Positions 43,901 to 60,500 of a stretch of DNA of 64,000 nt are shown piece by piece (position 1 is the stretch's first letter; each line of letters begins with the position of its first letter). This DNA is from Eledone cirrhosa. Taxonomy: Eukaryota. A program made the translations under genes and the position numbers. The stretch is taken from assembly GCA_964016885.1 (NCBI GenBank), contig OZ024743.1, positions 129,456,001-129,520,000 of the forward strand, written 5' to 3'. The notes beneath the pieces were generated by a model that was not told the origin of the DNA, searched no databases, and saw nothing but the letters and a program-made list of their open reading frames with translations.

Positions 43901-46500
43901 CAAATACCAGATACCAAGCACCAAGCACCAAACACCAAATACCAAGCACCAAGCACCAAACACCAAACAACAAGCACCAGGCACCAAGCACCAAACACCA
44001 AACACCAAGCACCAAGCACCAAACACCAAACACCAAGCACCCAGCATCAAACACCAAGTACCAAGCACCAAGCACCAAACACCAAGCACCAAACACCAAG
44101 CACGAAGTACCAAACACCAAATACCAAGCACCAAACACCAAACACCAAGCACCAAGCACCAAGCACGAAACACCAGGCACCAAGCACCAAGCACCAAACA
44201 CCAAACACCAAGCACCAAACACCCGCCACCAAGCACCAAGCACCAAACACCAAACACCAAGCACTAAGCACCAAACACCAAACAACAAGCACCAGGCACA
44301 AAGCACCAAACACCAAACACCAAGCACGCAGCACCAAACACCAACCACCAAGCACCAAGCACCAAACACCAAGCACCAAGCACCAAGCACCAAACACCAA
44401 ACACCAAACACCAAGCACCAAGAACCAAACACCAAACACCAAACAGCAAGCACCAAGCACCAAACACCAAGCACCAAACACCAAACCCCAAGCACCAATC
44501 ACCAAACACTAATCACCAAGCACCAAGCACCAAACACCAAGCACCAAGCAGCAAGCACCAAACACCAAACACCAAGCACCAAGCACCAAGCACCAAACAC
44601 CAAGCACCAAACACCAAGCACCAAGCACCAAACACCTAGCAACAAGCACCAAACATCAATCACCAAGCACCAAGCACCAAACACCAAGCACCAAGCACCA
44701 AACACCAAACCCCAAGCACCAAACACCAAACCGCAAGCACCAAGCACCAAACACTAATCACCAAGCACCAAGCACCAAACAACAAGCACCAAGCACCAAG
44801 CACCAAGCACCAGGCACCAAGCACCAAGCACCAAACACAAAACACCAGGCACCAAGCACCAAGCAGCAAACACCGAGCATCAAAGACCAAACACCAACCA
44901 CCAAGCACCAAACACCAAGCACCAGGAACCAAACACCAAACACCAAGCACCAAGCACCAAGCACCAAACACCAAATACCAAGCACCAAACACCAGATACC
45001 AAGCACCAAGCACCAAACAACAAACACCAAGCACCAAGCACCAAACACCAAGCACCAAGCACCAAGCACCAAGTACCAAGCACCAAACACCAAGCACCAA
45101 ACACCAAACACCAAGCACCAAGCACCAAGCACGAAACACCAGGCACCAAGCACCAAGCACCAAACACCAAACACCAAGCACCAAAGACCAGCCACCAAGC
45201 ACCAAGCACCAAACACCAAACACCAAGCACTAAGCACCAAACACCAAACAACAAGCACCAGGCACCAAGCACCAAGCACCAAGCACCAAGCACCTATCAC
45301 CAAAAACTAATCACCAAGCACCAAGCACCAAACACCAAGCACCAAGCAGCAAGCACCAAACACCAAGCACCAAGCACCAAGCACCAAGCACCAAACACCA
45401 AGCACCAAGCACCAAACACCAAACCCCAAGCACCAAAGACCAAGCACCAAGCACCAAGCACCAAGCACCAAACACCCAGCACCAAGCACCAAGCACCAAA
45501 CACCCAGCACCAAGCACCAAACACAAAACACCAAACACCAAGCACCAAGCACCAAACAGCAAGCACCAAACACCAAACACCAAAGACCAAACACCAAACA
45601 CCAAACACCAAGCACCAAGCAGCAAGCACAAAACACCAAGCACCAAGCACCAAGCACCAAGCACCAAACACCAAGCACCAAGCACAAAACACCAAACCCC
45701 AAGCAACAAAGACCAAGCACCAAGCACCAAGCACCAAGCACCAAACACCCAGCACCAAGCACCAAGCACCAAACACCAAGCACCAAGCACCAAACACAAA
45801 ACACCAAACACCAAGCACCAAGCACCAAACAGCAAGCACCAAACACCAAACACCAAACACCAAACACCAAACAGCAAACAGCAAATGCCAAACACCAAGC
45901 ACCAAGCACCAAGCACCAAACACCAAGCACCAAGCACCAAGCACAAAACACCAAACACCAAGCACCAAGGACCAAACATCAAGCACCAAGCACCAAGCAC
46001 AAAGCACCGAACACCAAGCACCAAACACCATGCACCAAACACCAAGCACCAAACACCAAGCACCAGGCACCAAGCACCAATCACCAAGCACCATGCACCA
46101 AACACCAAACACCAAGCACTAAGCACCAAACACCAAACAACAAGCACCAGGCACCAAGCACCAAGCACCAAGCACCAAGCACCAAGCACCTATCACCAAA
46201 AACTAATCACCAAGCACCAAGCACCAAACACCAAGCACCAAGCACCAAACACCAAACCCCAAGCACCAAAGACCAAGCACCAAGCACCAAGCACCAAGCA
46301 CCAAGCACCAAACACCCAGCACCAAGCACCAAGCACCAAACACCAAGCACCAAGCACCAAACACAAAACACCAAACACCAAGCACCAAGCACCAAACAGC
46401 AAGCTCCAAACACCAAACACCAAACACCAAACACCAAACACCAAGCACCAAGCACCAAGAACCAAACACAAAACACCAAACACCAAGCACCAAGAACCAA
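40230..46500 (+). repeat. 3122-bp (446-heptamer) tandem duplication
   Basis: ORF pairs 40320/43442, 41377/44499, 42175/45297 and 42763/45885 are all offset by 3122 with near-identical translations. Confidence 0.93.
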
Positions 46501-48939
46501 ACACCAAACATCAAACAGCAAGCACCAAGCACCAAACACCAAGCACCAAACACCAAACCCCAAGCACCTATCACCAAAAAATAATCACCAAGCACCAAGC
46601 ACCAAACGCCAAGCACCAAGCAGCAAGCACCAAGCACCAAGCACCAAGCACCAAGCACCAAGCACCAAACACCAAGCACCAAGCACCAAACACCAAACCC
46701 CAAGCACCAAAGACCAAGCACCAAGCACCAAGCACCAAGCACCAAACACCCAGCACCAAGCACCAAGCACCAAACACCAAGCACCAAGCACCAAACACAA
46801 AACACCAAACACCAAGCACCAAGCACCAAACAGCAAGCACCAAACACCAAACACCAAACACCAAACAGCAAACAGCAAACAGCAAATGCCAAACACCAAG
46901 CACCAAGCACCAAGCTCCAAACACCAAGCACCAAGCACCAAGCACAAAACACCAAACACCAAGCACCAAGGCCCAAACATCAAACACCAAGCACCAAGCA
47001 CCAAGCACAAAGCACCGAACACCAAGCACCAAACACCATGCACCAAACACCAAGCACCAAACACCAAGCACCAGGCACCAAGCACCAATAACCAAGCACC
47101 ATGCACCAAACACCAAGCACCAAGCACCAAACACTTAACACCAAGCACCAAGCACCAAGCACCAAACACCAAGCACCAAACACCAAACACCAAGCAGCAA
47201 GTACCAAACACCAAGCACCAAGCACCAAACACCAAGCACCAAGCACCAATCACCAAACACCAAGGACCAAGCACCAAACACCAAGCACCAAGCACCAAGT
47301 ACATACACCAAGCACCAAACACCAAATACAAAACACCAAGCACCAAGCAACAAGCATCAAACACCAAGCATCAAACACCAAACACCAAGCACCAAGCACC
47401 AAACACCAAACACCAAGCACCAAACACCAAACACCAAGCACCAAACACCAAACACCAAGCACCAAGCACCAAAACCCAAACACCAAGCACCAAGCACCAA
47501 ACACCAAACACAAAACACCAAGCACCATGCACCAAACACCAAACCCCACACCAAACACCAAACTGCAAGCACCAAGCACCAAACACTAATCACCAAGCAC
47601 CAAGCACCAAACAACAAGCACCAAGCACCAAGTACCAGGCACTAACACCAAGCACCAAACACAAAACACCAAGCACCAAGCACCAAGCAGCAAACACCAA
47701 GCATCAAACACCAAACACCAAACACCAAGCACCAAACACAAAGCACCAAGCACCAAACACCAAACACCAAGCACCAAGCACCAAGCACCAAACACCAAAC
47801 ACCAAGCACCAAACACACGATACCAAGCACCAAGCACCAAACACCATACACGAAGCACCAAGCACCAAACCCCAAACAACAAGCCCCAGGCACCAAGCAC
47901 CAAACACCAAACACCAAGCACCAAGCACCAAACACCAAACACCAAGCACGCAGCATCAAACACCAAGCACCAAGCACCAAGCACCAAACACCAAGCACCA
48001 AGCACCAAGCACCAAGTACCAAACACCAAACGCCAAGCACCAAACACCAAACACCAAGCACCAAGCACCAAGCACGAAACACCAGGCACCAAGCACCAAG
48101 CACAAAACACCAAACACCAAGCACCAAACACCAGCCACCAAGCACCAAGCACCAAACACCAAGCACCAAGCACCAAACACCAAACACCAAGAACCAAAGA
48201 CCAAGCACCAAGCACCAAGCACCAAACAACAAGCACCAAGCACCAAGCACCAAACACCAAGCACCAAGCACCAAGCACCAAACACCAAGCACCAAGCACC
48301 AAACACCAACCACCCAGCACCAAGCACCAAGCACCAAACACCAAGCACCAAGCACCAAACACCAAACACCAAGAACCAAAGACCAAGCACCAAGCACCAA
48401 GCACCAAACAACAAGCACTAAGCACCTAGAACCAAACACCAAGCACCAAGCACCAAACACCAACCACCCAGCACCAAGCACCAAGCACCTAACACCAAGC
48501 ACCAAACACCAAACACCAAACACCAAGCACCAAGCACCAAGCACCAAACACCAAGCCCCAAGCCCCAAGCACCAAACACCAAACACCAAGCACCAAGCAC
48601 CAAAGACCAAGCACCAAGCACCAATCACAAAGAACGAAACAACAAGCAGCAAGCAGCAAGCACCAAACACCAAACACCAAGCACCAAACACCAAACACCA
48701 AGCACCAAGGACCCAACATCAAACACCAAGCACCAAGCACCAAACACCAAACACCGAGCACGAAGCACCAAGCACCAATCACCGAACACCAAGCCCCAAA
48801 CACCAAGCACCAAACACCAAGCACCAAACACCAAACACAAAGTCCCACGCACCAAGCACCAAACACCAAACAGCAAACACCAAGCACCAAACACGAAGCA
48901 CCAAGCACCAAGCCCCTAGCACCAAACACCAAACACCAA

Positions 48940-51900
48940 GCACCAAGCACAAAACACCACGCACCAATCACCAAGCACCAAACACCAAGCAGCAAGCAGC
49001 AAGCACCAAACACCAAACACCAAGCAGCAAGCACCAAACACCAAACACCAAGCACCAAGCACCAAACATCAAACACCAAGCACCAAGCACTAAACACTTA
49101 ACACCAAGCACCAAGCACCAAGCACCAAACACCAAGCACCAATCACCAAACACCAAACACCAAGCACCAAACACCAAGCACCAGGCACCAAGCACCAAAC
49201 ACCAAGCACCAAGCACCAAACACCAAGCACCAAGACCGAAGCACCAAACACCAAGCACCAAACTCCAAACACAAAACACCAAGCACCAAGCAGCAAGCAC
49301 CAAACACCAAACACCAAGCACCAAGCACCAAGGACCAAACATCAAACACCAAGCACCAAGCACCAAACACCTAACACCAAGCAACAAGCACTAAACACCA
49401 AGCACCAAGCACCAAGCACCAAACACCAAGCACCAAGCACCAAACACCAAACCCCAAGCACCAATCACCAAACACTAATCACCAAGGACCAAACACCAAG
49501 CACCAAACACCAAGCACCAAGCACCAAACAGCAAGCACCAAACACCAAACACCAAACAGCAAACACCAAGCACCAAGCACCAAACACCAAACCCCAAGCA
49601 TCAAAGACCAAGCACCAAGCACCAAGGACCAAACACCAAGCACCAAGCACCAAGCACCAAACACCAAGCACCAAGCACCAAACACCCAGTACCAAGCACC
49701 AAGCACCAAATACCAAGCACCAAGCACCAAACACCAAACACCAAACACCAAGCACCAAGCACCAAACAGCAAGCACCAAACACCAAACACCAAACAGCAA
49801 ACACCAAACAGCAAACACCAAACACCAAACACCAAGCACCAAACACCAAGCACCAAACACCAAGCACCAGGCACCAAGCACCAAACACCAAGCACCAAGC
49901 ACCAAACACTTAACACCAAGCACCAAGCACCAAGCACCAAACACCAAACACCAAACACCAAGCACCAAGCACCAAACACCAAGCACCAAGCACGAAGCAC
50001 CAAGCACCAAACACCATGCCCCAAGCACCAAGCACCAAACACCAAACACCAAGCACCAAGCACCAAACACCAAGCACCAAGCACCAAGCACCTAGCACCA
50101 AACACCAAACACCAAGCAGCAAGCACCAAACGCCAAACACCAAGCACCAAGCACCAAGCACCAAACACCAAACACCAAACACCAGACAGCAAACACCAAA
50201 CACCAAACAGCAAAAACCAAATACGAAACAGCAAAGACCATACAGCAAACACCAAACACCAAAAAGCAGACACCAAACAGCAAACACCAAACACCAAACA
50301 CCAAACACCAAACACCAAGCACCAAGCACCAACCACCAAACCCCTAGCACCAAGCAACAAACACTAATCACCAAGCACCAGGCACCAAACACCAAGCACC
50401 AAGCACCAAGCACCAAACACCAAGCACCAAGCACCAAACACCAAACACCAGGAACCAAAGACCAAGCACCAAGCACCAAGCACCAAACAACAAGCACCAA
50501 GCACCAAGCACCAAACACCAAGCATCAAGCACCAAGCACCAAACACCAAGCACCAAGCACCAAACACCAACCACCCAGCACCAAGCACCAAGCAACAAAA
50601 ACCAAGCACCAATCACAAAGAACGAAAAACAAGCAGCAAGCAGCAAGCACCAAACACCAAACACCAAGCACAAAACACCAAACACCAAGCACCAAGGACC
50701 CAACATCAAACACCAAGCACCAAGCACCGAACACCAAGCCCCAAATACCAAGCACCAAACACCAAGCACCAAATACAAAACACGAAGTCCCACGCACCAA
50801 GCACCAAACACCAAACAGCAAGCACCAAGCACCAAACACCAGGTACCAAGCACCAAGCCCCTAGCACCAAACACCAAACACCAAGCACCAAGCACAAAAC
50901 ACCAAGCACCAATCACCAAGCACCAAACACCAAGCAGCAAGCACCAAACACCAAACACCAAGCACCAAGCACCAAACATCAAACACCAAGCACCAAGCAC
51001 TAAACACTTAACACCAAGCACCAAGCACCAAGCACCAAACACCAAGCACCAATCACCAAACACCAATCCCCAAGCACCAAAAACCAAGCACCAGGCACCA
51101 AGCACCAAAAACCAAGCACCAAGCACCAAACACCAAGCACCAAGACCGAAGCACCAAACACCAAACACCAAGCACCAAGCACAAAACACCACGCACCAAT
51201 CACCAAGCACCAAACACCAAGCAGCAAGCAGCAAGCACCAAACACCAAACACCAAGCAGCAAGCACCAAACACCAAACACCAAGCACCAAGCACCAAACA
51301 TCAAACACCAAGCACCAAGCACTAAACACTTAACACCAAGCACCAAGCACCAAGCACCAAACACCAAGCACCAATCACCAAACACCAAACACCAAGCACC
51401 AAACACCAAGCACCAGGCACCAAGCACCAAACACCAAGCACCAAGCACCAAACACCAAGCACCAAGACCGAAGCACCAAACACCAAGCACCAAACTCCAA
51501 ACACAAAACACCAAGCACCAAGCAGCAAGCACCAAACACCAAACACCAAGCACCAAGCACCAAGGACCAAACATCAAACACCAAGCACCAAGCACCAAAC
51601 ACCTAACACCAAGCAACAAGCACTAAACACCAAGCACCAAGCACCAAGCACCAAACACCAAGCACCAAGCACCAAACACCAAACCCCAAGCACCAATCAC
51701 CAAACACTAATCACCAAGGACCAAACACCAAGCACCAAACACCAAGCACCAAGCACCAAACAGCAAGCACCAAACACCAAACACCAAACAGCAAACACCA
51801 AGCACCAAGCACCAAACACCAAACCCCAAGCATCAGAGACCAAGCACCAAGCACCAAGGACCAAACACCAAGCACCAAGCACCAAGCACCAAACACCAAG

Positions 51901-53400
51901 CACCAAGCACCAAACACCCAGTACCAAGCACCAAGCACCAAATACCAAGCACCAAGCACCAAACACCAAACACCAAACACCAAGCACCAAGCACCAAACA
52001 GCAAGCACCAAACACCAAACACCAAACAGCAAACACCAAACAGCAAACACCAAACACCAAACACCAAGCACCAAACACCAAGCACCAAACACCAAGCACC
52101 AGGCACCAAGCACCAAACACCAAGCACCAAGCACCAAACACTTAACACCAAGCACCAAGCACCAAGCACCAAACACCAAACACCAAACACCAAGCACCAA
52201 GCACCAAACACCAAGCACCAAGCACGAAGCACCAAGCACCAAACACCATGCCCCAAGCACCAAGCACCAAACACCAAACACCAAGCACCAAGCACCAAAC
52301 ACCAAGCACCAAGCACCAAGCACCTAGCACCAAACACCAAACACCAAGCAGCAAGCACCAAACGCCAAACACCAAGCACCAAGCACCAAGCACCAAGCAC
52401 CAAACACCAAACACCAAACACCAGACAGCAAACACCAAACACCAAACAGCAAAAACCAAATACGAAACAGCAAAGACCATACAGCAAACACCAAACACCA
52501 AAAAGCAGACACCAAACAGCAAACACCAAACACCAAACACCAAACACCAAACACCAAGCACCAAGCACCAACCACCAAACCCCTAGCACCAAGCAACAAA
52601 CACTAATCACCAAGCACCAGGCACCAAACACCAAGCACCAAGCACCAAGCACCAAACACCAAGCACCAAGCACCAAACACCAAACACCAGGAACCAAAGA
52701 CCAAGCACCAAGCACCAAGCACCAAACAACAAGCACCAAGCACCAAGCACCAAACACCAAGCATCAAGCACCAAGCACCAAACACCAAGCACCAAGCACC
52801 AAACACCAACCACCCAGCACCAAGCACCAAGCAACAAAAACCAAGCACCAATCACAAAGAACGAAAAACAAGCAGCAAGCAGCAAGCACCAAACACCAAA
52901 CACCAAGCACAAAACACCAAACACCAAGCACCAAGGACCCAACATCAAACACCAAGCACCAAGCACCGAACACCAAGCCCCAAATACCAAGCACCAAACA
53001 CCAAGCACCAAATACAAAACACAAAGTCCCACGCACCAAGCACCAAACACCAAACAGCAAGCACCAAGCACCAAACACCAGGTACCAAGCACCAAGCCCC
53101 TAGCACCAAACACCAAACACCAAGCACCAAGCACAAAACACCAAGCACCAATCACCAAGCACCAAACACCAAGCAGCAAGCACCAAACACCAAACACCAA
53201 GCACCAAGCACCAAACATCAAACACCAAGCACCAAGCACTAAACACTTAACACCAAGCACCAAGCACCAAGCACCAAACACCAAGCACCAATCACCAAAC
53301 ACCAAGCCCCAAGCACCAAAAACCAAGCACCAGGCACCAAGCACCAAAAACCAAGCACCAAGCACCAAACACCAAGCACCAAGACCGAAGCACCAAACAC
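48940..53400 (+). repeat. 2232/2239-bp tandem duplication
   Basis: ORF pairs 49090/51322 and 49465/51697 give 2232; 50364/52603 and 50706/52945 give 2239, consistent with one extra heptamer near 52385. Confidence 0.92.
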
Positions 53401-54589
53401 CAAACTCCAAACACAAAACACCAAGCACCAGGCAGCAAGGACCAACCACGAAACACCAAGCACCAAGCACCAAACACCAAACACCAAGCACCAAGGACCA
53501 AATATCAAACACCAAGCACCAAGCACCAAACACCTAACACCAAGGACCAAGCACCAAGCACCAAGTACCAAACACCAAGCACCAAACACCAAGCACCAAG
53601 CACCAAACACCAAGCAACAAGCACCAAGCATCAAACACCAAGCACCAAGCACCAAGCACCAAGCACCAAGCACCAAACACCAAACCCCAAGCACCAAACA
53701 CCAAACACCAAACACCAAGCACCAAGCACCAAACACCAAACACCAAGCACCAAGGACCAAACACCAAACACCAAGCACCAAGGACCCAACATCAAACACC
53801 AAGCACCAAGCACCAAACACCAAACACCAAGCACGAAGCACCAAGCACCAAGCACCGAACACCAAGCCCCAAACACCAAGCACCAAACACCAAGCACCAA
53901 ACACCAAACAGCAAGCACCAAGCACCAAACACCAAGCACCAAGCACCAAGCCCCTAGCACCAAACACCAAACACCAAGCACCAAGCACAAAACACCAAGC
54001 ACCAATCACCAAGCAGCAAACACCAAGCAGCAAGCAGCAAGCACCAAACACCAAACACCAAGCACCAAGCACCAAATCTCAAACATCAAACACCAAGCAC
54101 CAAGCACCAAACACTTAACACCAAGCACCAAGCACCAAGCACCAAGCACCAAACACCAAGCACCAATCATCAAACACCAAGCACCAAGCACCAAACACCA
54201 AGCACCAGGCACCAAGCACCAAACACCAAGCACCAAGCACCAAACACCAAGCACCAAGACAGAAGCACCAAACACCAAGCACCAAACTCCAAACACAAAA
54301 CACCCAGCACCAAGCAGCAAGCACCAAACACCAAACACCAAGCACCAAGCACTAAACACCAAACACCAAGCACCAAGGACCAAACATCAAACACCAAGCA
54401 CCAAGCACCAAACACCTAAAACCAAGGACCAAGCACCATGCACGAAGTACCAAACACCAAGCACCAAACCCCAAGCACCAAGCCCCAAACACCAAGCAAC
54501 AAGCACCAAACACCAAGCACCAAGCACCAAGCACCAAACACCAAGCACCAAGCACCAAACACCAAACCCCAAGCACCAAACACCAAGCA

Positions 54590-57500
54590 CCAAGCACCAA
54601 GCACCTAGCACCAAATACCAAACACCAAGCACCAAGCACCAAACACCAAGCACCAATCACCAAGCACCAAACACCAAGCAGCAAGCAGCAAGCACCAAAC
54701 ACCAAACACCAAGCACCAAGCACCAAACACCAAGCACCAAGGACCAAACATCAAACACCAAGCACCAAGCACCAAACACCTACCACCAAGCACCAAGCAC
54801 CAAGGACCAAGCACCGAACACCAAGCACCAAACACCAAGCACCAAACACCAAGCACCAAGCACCAAACACCAAGCACCAAACACCAAGCACCAAGCACCA
54901 AGCACCAAACACCATGCACCAGGCACCAAGCACCAAACACCAAGCACCATGCACCAAACACCAAGCACGAAGCACCAAACACCAAGCACCAAGCACCAAA
55001 CACTTAACACCAAGCACCAAGCACCAAGCACCAAGCACCAAGCACCAATCACCAAACACCAAGAACCAAACACCAAGCACCAAGCACCAATCACCAAACA
55101 CCAAGAACCAACACCAAACACCAAGCACCAAGCACCAAGAACATACACCAAGCACCAAACACCAAACACAAAACAACAAGCACCAAACAACAAGCATCAA
55201 ACACAAAGCATTAAACACCAAACACCAAGCACCAAGCACCAAACACCAAACACCAAGCACCAAGCACCAAGCACCAAGCCCCAAACACGAAGCACCCAGC
55301 ACCAAGAACCAGGCACCAAGAACCAGGCACCAAGAACCAAGCACCAAACACAAAAAACCAAGCACCAAGCACCAAGCAGCACACACCAAGCATCAAACAC
55401 CAAACACCAAGCACTAAGCACCAAGCACCAAGCACCAAACTCCAAGCACTCAGCACCAAACACCAAACACCAAGCACCAACCACCAAACACCAAACACCA
55501 AGCACCAAGCACCAAGCACCAAACACCAAACACCAAGCACCAAACACCAGAGACCAAGCACCAAACACCAAGCACCAAGCACCAAACACCAAACACCAAA
55601 CAAGAAGCACCAGGTACCAAGCACCAAACACCAAAAACCAAGCACCAAGCACCAAACACCAAGCACCAAGCACCAAACGCCAAACACCAAGCACCAAGCA
55701 CCAAGCACCAAACACCAAACACCAAACACCAAACAGCAAACACCAAACACCAAACAGCAAAAACCAAATACGAAACAGCAAAGACCATACAGCAAACACC
55801 AAACACCAAAAAGCAGACACCAAACAGCAAACACCAAGCACCAACCACCAAACCTGAAGCACCAAACAACAAACACTAATCACCAAGCACCAAGCACCAA
55901 ACACCAAGCACCAAGCACCAAACACCAAGCACCAAGCACCAAACACCAAACACCAAGAACCAAAGACCAAGCACCAAGCACCAACCACCCAGCACCAAGC
56001 ACCAAGCACCAAGCACCAAACACCAAGCACCAAGCACCAAACACCAACCACCCAGCACCAAGCACCAAGCACCAAGCACCAAACACCAAGCACCAAGCAC
56101 CAAACACCAAACACCAAGAACCAAAGACCAAGCCCCAAGCACCAAGCACCAAACAACAAGAACTAAGCACCAAGCACCAAACACCAAGCACCAAGCACCA
56201 AACTCCAACCACCCAGCACCAAGCACCAAGCACCAAACACCAAGCACCAAACACCAAACACCAAGCACCAAGCACCAAGCACCAAACACCAAGCCCCAAG
56301 CACCAAGCACCAAACACCAAACACCAAGCACCAAGCACCAAACACCAAGCACCAAGCACCAATCACAAAGAACGAAACAACAAGCAGCAAGCAGCAAGCA
56401 CCAAACACCAAACACCAAGCACCAAACACCAAACACCAAGCACCAAATACGAAGTCCCACGCACCAAGCACCAAACACCAAACAGCAAGCACCAAGCACC
56501 AAACACCAAGCACCAAGCACCAAGCCCCTAGCACCAAACACTTAACACCAAGCACCAAGCACCAAGCACAAGACACCAAACACCAAGCACCAATCACCAA
56601 ACACCAAGCACCATGCACCAAACACCAAGCACCAGGCACCAAGCACCAAACACCAAGCACCAAGCACCAAACACCAAGCACCAAGACCGAAGCACCAAAC
56701 ACCAAGCACCAAACTCCATACACCAAACACCAAACACCAAGCACCAAGCACCAACCACCAAACACCAAGCACCAAACAACAAACACTAATCACCAAGCAC
56801 CAAGCACCAAACACCAAGCACCAAGCACCAAGCACCAAACACCAAGCACCAAGCACCAAACACCAAACACCAAGTACCAAAGACCAAGAACCAAGCACCA
56901 ACCACCCAGCACCAAGCACCAAGCACCAAGCACCAAACACCAAGCACCAAGCACCAAACACCAACCACCCAGCACCAAGCACCAAGCACCAAACACCAAG
57001 CACCAAGCACCAAACACCAAACACCAAGAACCAAAGACCAAGCCCCAAGCACCAAGCACCAAACAACAAGCACTAAGCACCAAGCACCAAACACCAAGCA
57101 CCAAGCACCAAACTCCAACCACCCAGCACCAAGCACCAAGCACCAAACACCAAGCACCAAACACCAAACACCAAACACCAAGCACCAAGCACCAAGCACC
57201 AAACACCAAGCCCCAAGCACCAAGCACCAAACACCAAACACCAAGCACCAAGCACCAAACACCAAGCACCAAGCACCAATCACAAAGAACGAAACAACAA
57301 GCAGCAAGCAGCAAGCACCAAACACGAAACAACAAGCACCAAACACCAAGCACCAAGACCGAAGCACCAAACACCAAGCACCAAACTCCAAACACAAAAC
57401 ACCAAGCACCAAGCAGCAAGCACCAAACACCAAACACCAAGCACCAAGCACCAAACACCAAACACCAAGCACCAAGGACCAAACATCAAACACCAAGCAC

Positions 57501-60500
57501 CAAGCACCAAACACCTAACACCAAGCAACAAGCACCAAACACCAAACCCCAAGCACCAATCACCAAACACTAATCACCAAGCACCAAACACCAAGCACCA
57601 AACACCAAGCACCAAGCACCAAACAGCAAGCACCAAACACCAAACACCAAACAGCAAACACCAAGCACCAAGCACCAAGCATCAAACACCAAGCACCAAG
57701 CACCAAACACCAAACCCCAAGCATCAAAGACCAAGCACCAAGCACCAAACACCAAACACCAAGCACCAAGCACCAAGCACCAAACACCAAGCACCAAGCA
57801 CCAAACACCCAGTACCAAGCACCAAGCACCAAATACCAAGCACCAAGCACCAAACACCAAACACCAAACACCAAGCACCAAACACCAAACAGCAAGCACC
57901 AAACACCAAACACCAAACAGCAAACACCAAACAGCAAACACCAAACACCAAACACCAAGCACCAAACACCAAGCACCAAACACCAAGCACCAGGCACCAA
58001 GCACCAAACACCAAGCACCATGCACCAAACACCAAGCACCAAGCACGAAGCACCAAACACCAAGCACCAAGCACCAAGCACCAAACACTTAACACCAAGC
58101 ACCAAGCACCAAGCACCAAACACCAAACACCAAGCACCAAGCACCAAACACCAAGCACCAAGCACCAAGCACCTAGCACCAAACACCAAACACCAAGCAC
58201 CAAGCACCAAACGCCAAACACGAAGCACCAAGCACCAAGCACCAAACACCAAACACCAAACACCAAACAGCAAACACCAATCAGCAAACACCATACAGCA
58301 AACACCAAACACCAAAAAACAGACACCCAACAGCAAACACCAAACACCAAACACCAAACACCAAACACCAAGCACCAAGCACCAAACACCAAGCACCAAG
58401 CACCAAACACCAAACACCAGGAACCAAAGACCAAGCACCAAGCACCAAGCACCAAACAACAAGCACCAAGCACCAAGCACCAAACACCAAGCATCAAGCA
58501 CCAAGCACCAAACACCAAGCACCAAGCACCAAACACCAACCACCCAGCACCAAGCACCAAGCACCAAACACCAAGCACCAAGCACCAATCACAAAGAACG
58601 AAACAACAAGCAGCAAGCAGCAAGCACCAAACACCAAACACCAAGCACCAAACACCAAACACCAAGCACCAAGGACCCAACATCAAACACCAAGCACCAA
58701 GCACCAAACACCAAACACCGAGCACGAAGCACCAAGCACCAAGCACCGAACACCAAGCCCCAAACACCAAGCACCAAACACCAAGCACCAAACACCAAAC
58801 ACGAAGTCCCACGCACCAAGCACCAAACACCAAACAGCAAGCACCAAGCACCAAACACCAAGTACCAAGCACCAAGCCCCTAGCACCAAACACCAAACAC
58901 CAAACACCAAGCACAAAACACCAAGCACCAATCACCAAGCACCAAACACCAAGCAGCAAGCAGCAAGCACCAAACACCAAACACCAAGCAGCAAGCACCA
59001 AACACCAAACACCAAGCACCAAGCACCAAACATCAAACACCAAGCACCAAGCACTAAACACTTAACACCAAGCACCAAGCACCAAGCACCAAACACCAAG
59101 CACCAATCACCAAACACCAAGCCCCAAGCACCAAAAACCAAGCACCAGGCACGAAGCACCAAACACCAAGCACCAAGCACCAAACACCAAGCACCAAGAC
59201 CGAAGCACCAAACACCAAGCACCAAACTCCAAACACAAAACACCAAGCACCAGGCAGCAAGCACCAAACACGAAACACCAAGCACCAAGCACCAAACACC
59301 AAACACCAAGCACCAAGGACCAAACATCAAACACCAAGCACCAAGCACCAAACACCTAACACCAAGGACCAAGCACCAAGCACCAAGTACCAAACACCAA
59401 GCTCCAAACACCAAGCACCAAGCACCAAACACCAAGCAACAAGCACCAAGCACCAAACACCAAGCACCAAGCACCAAGCACCAAACACCAAGCACCAAGC
59501 ACCAAACACCAAACCCCAAGCACCAAAAACCAAACACCAAACACCAAGCACCAAGCACCAAACACCAAACACCAAACACCAAGCACCAAGGACCAAACAC
59601 CAAACACCAAGCACCAAGGACCCAACATCAAACACCAATCACCAAGCACCAAGCACCTAGCACCAAATACCAAACACCAAGCACCAAGCACCAAACACCA
59701 AGCACCAATCACCAAGCACCAAACACCAAGCAGCAAGCAGCAAGCACCAAACACCAAACACCAAGCACCAAGCACCAAACACCAAGCACCAAGGACCAAA
59801 CATCAAACACCAAGCACCAAGCACCAAACACCTACCACCAAGCACCAAGCACCAAGGACCAAGCACCGAACACCAAGCACCAAACACCAAGCACCAAACA
59901 CCAAGCACCAAGCACCAAACACCAAGCACCAAACACCAAGCACCAAGCACCAAGCACCAAACACCATGCACCAGGCACCAAGCACCAAACACCAAGCACC
60001 ATGCACCAAACACCAAGCACGAAGCACCAAACACCAAGCACCAAGCACCAAACACTTAACACCAAGCACCAAGCACCAAGCACCAAGCACCAAGCACCAA
60101 TCACCAAACACCAAGAACCAAACACCAAGCACCAAGCACCAATCACCAAACACCAAGAACCAACACCAAACACCAAGCACCAAGCACCAAGAACATACAC
60201 CAAGCACCAAACACCAAACACAAAACAACAAGCACCAAACAACAAGCATCAAACACAAAGCATTAAACACCAAACACCAAGCACCAAGCACCAAACACCA
60301 AACACCAAGCACCAAGCACCAAGCACCAAGCCCCAAACACGAAGCACCCAGCACCAAGAACCAGGCACCAAGAACCAGGCACCAAGAACCAAGCACCAAA
60401 CACAAAAAACCAAGCACCAAGCACCAAGCAGCACACACCAAGCATCAAACACCAAACACCAAGCACTAAGCACCAAGCACCAAGCACCAAACTCCAAGCA

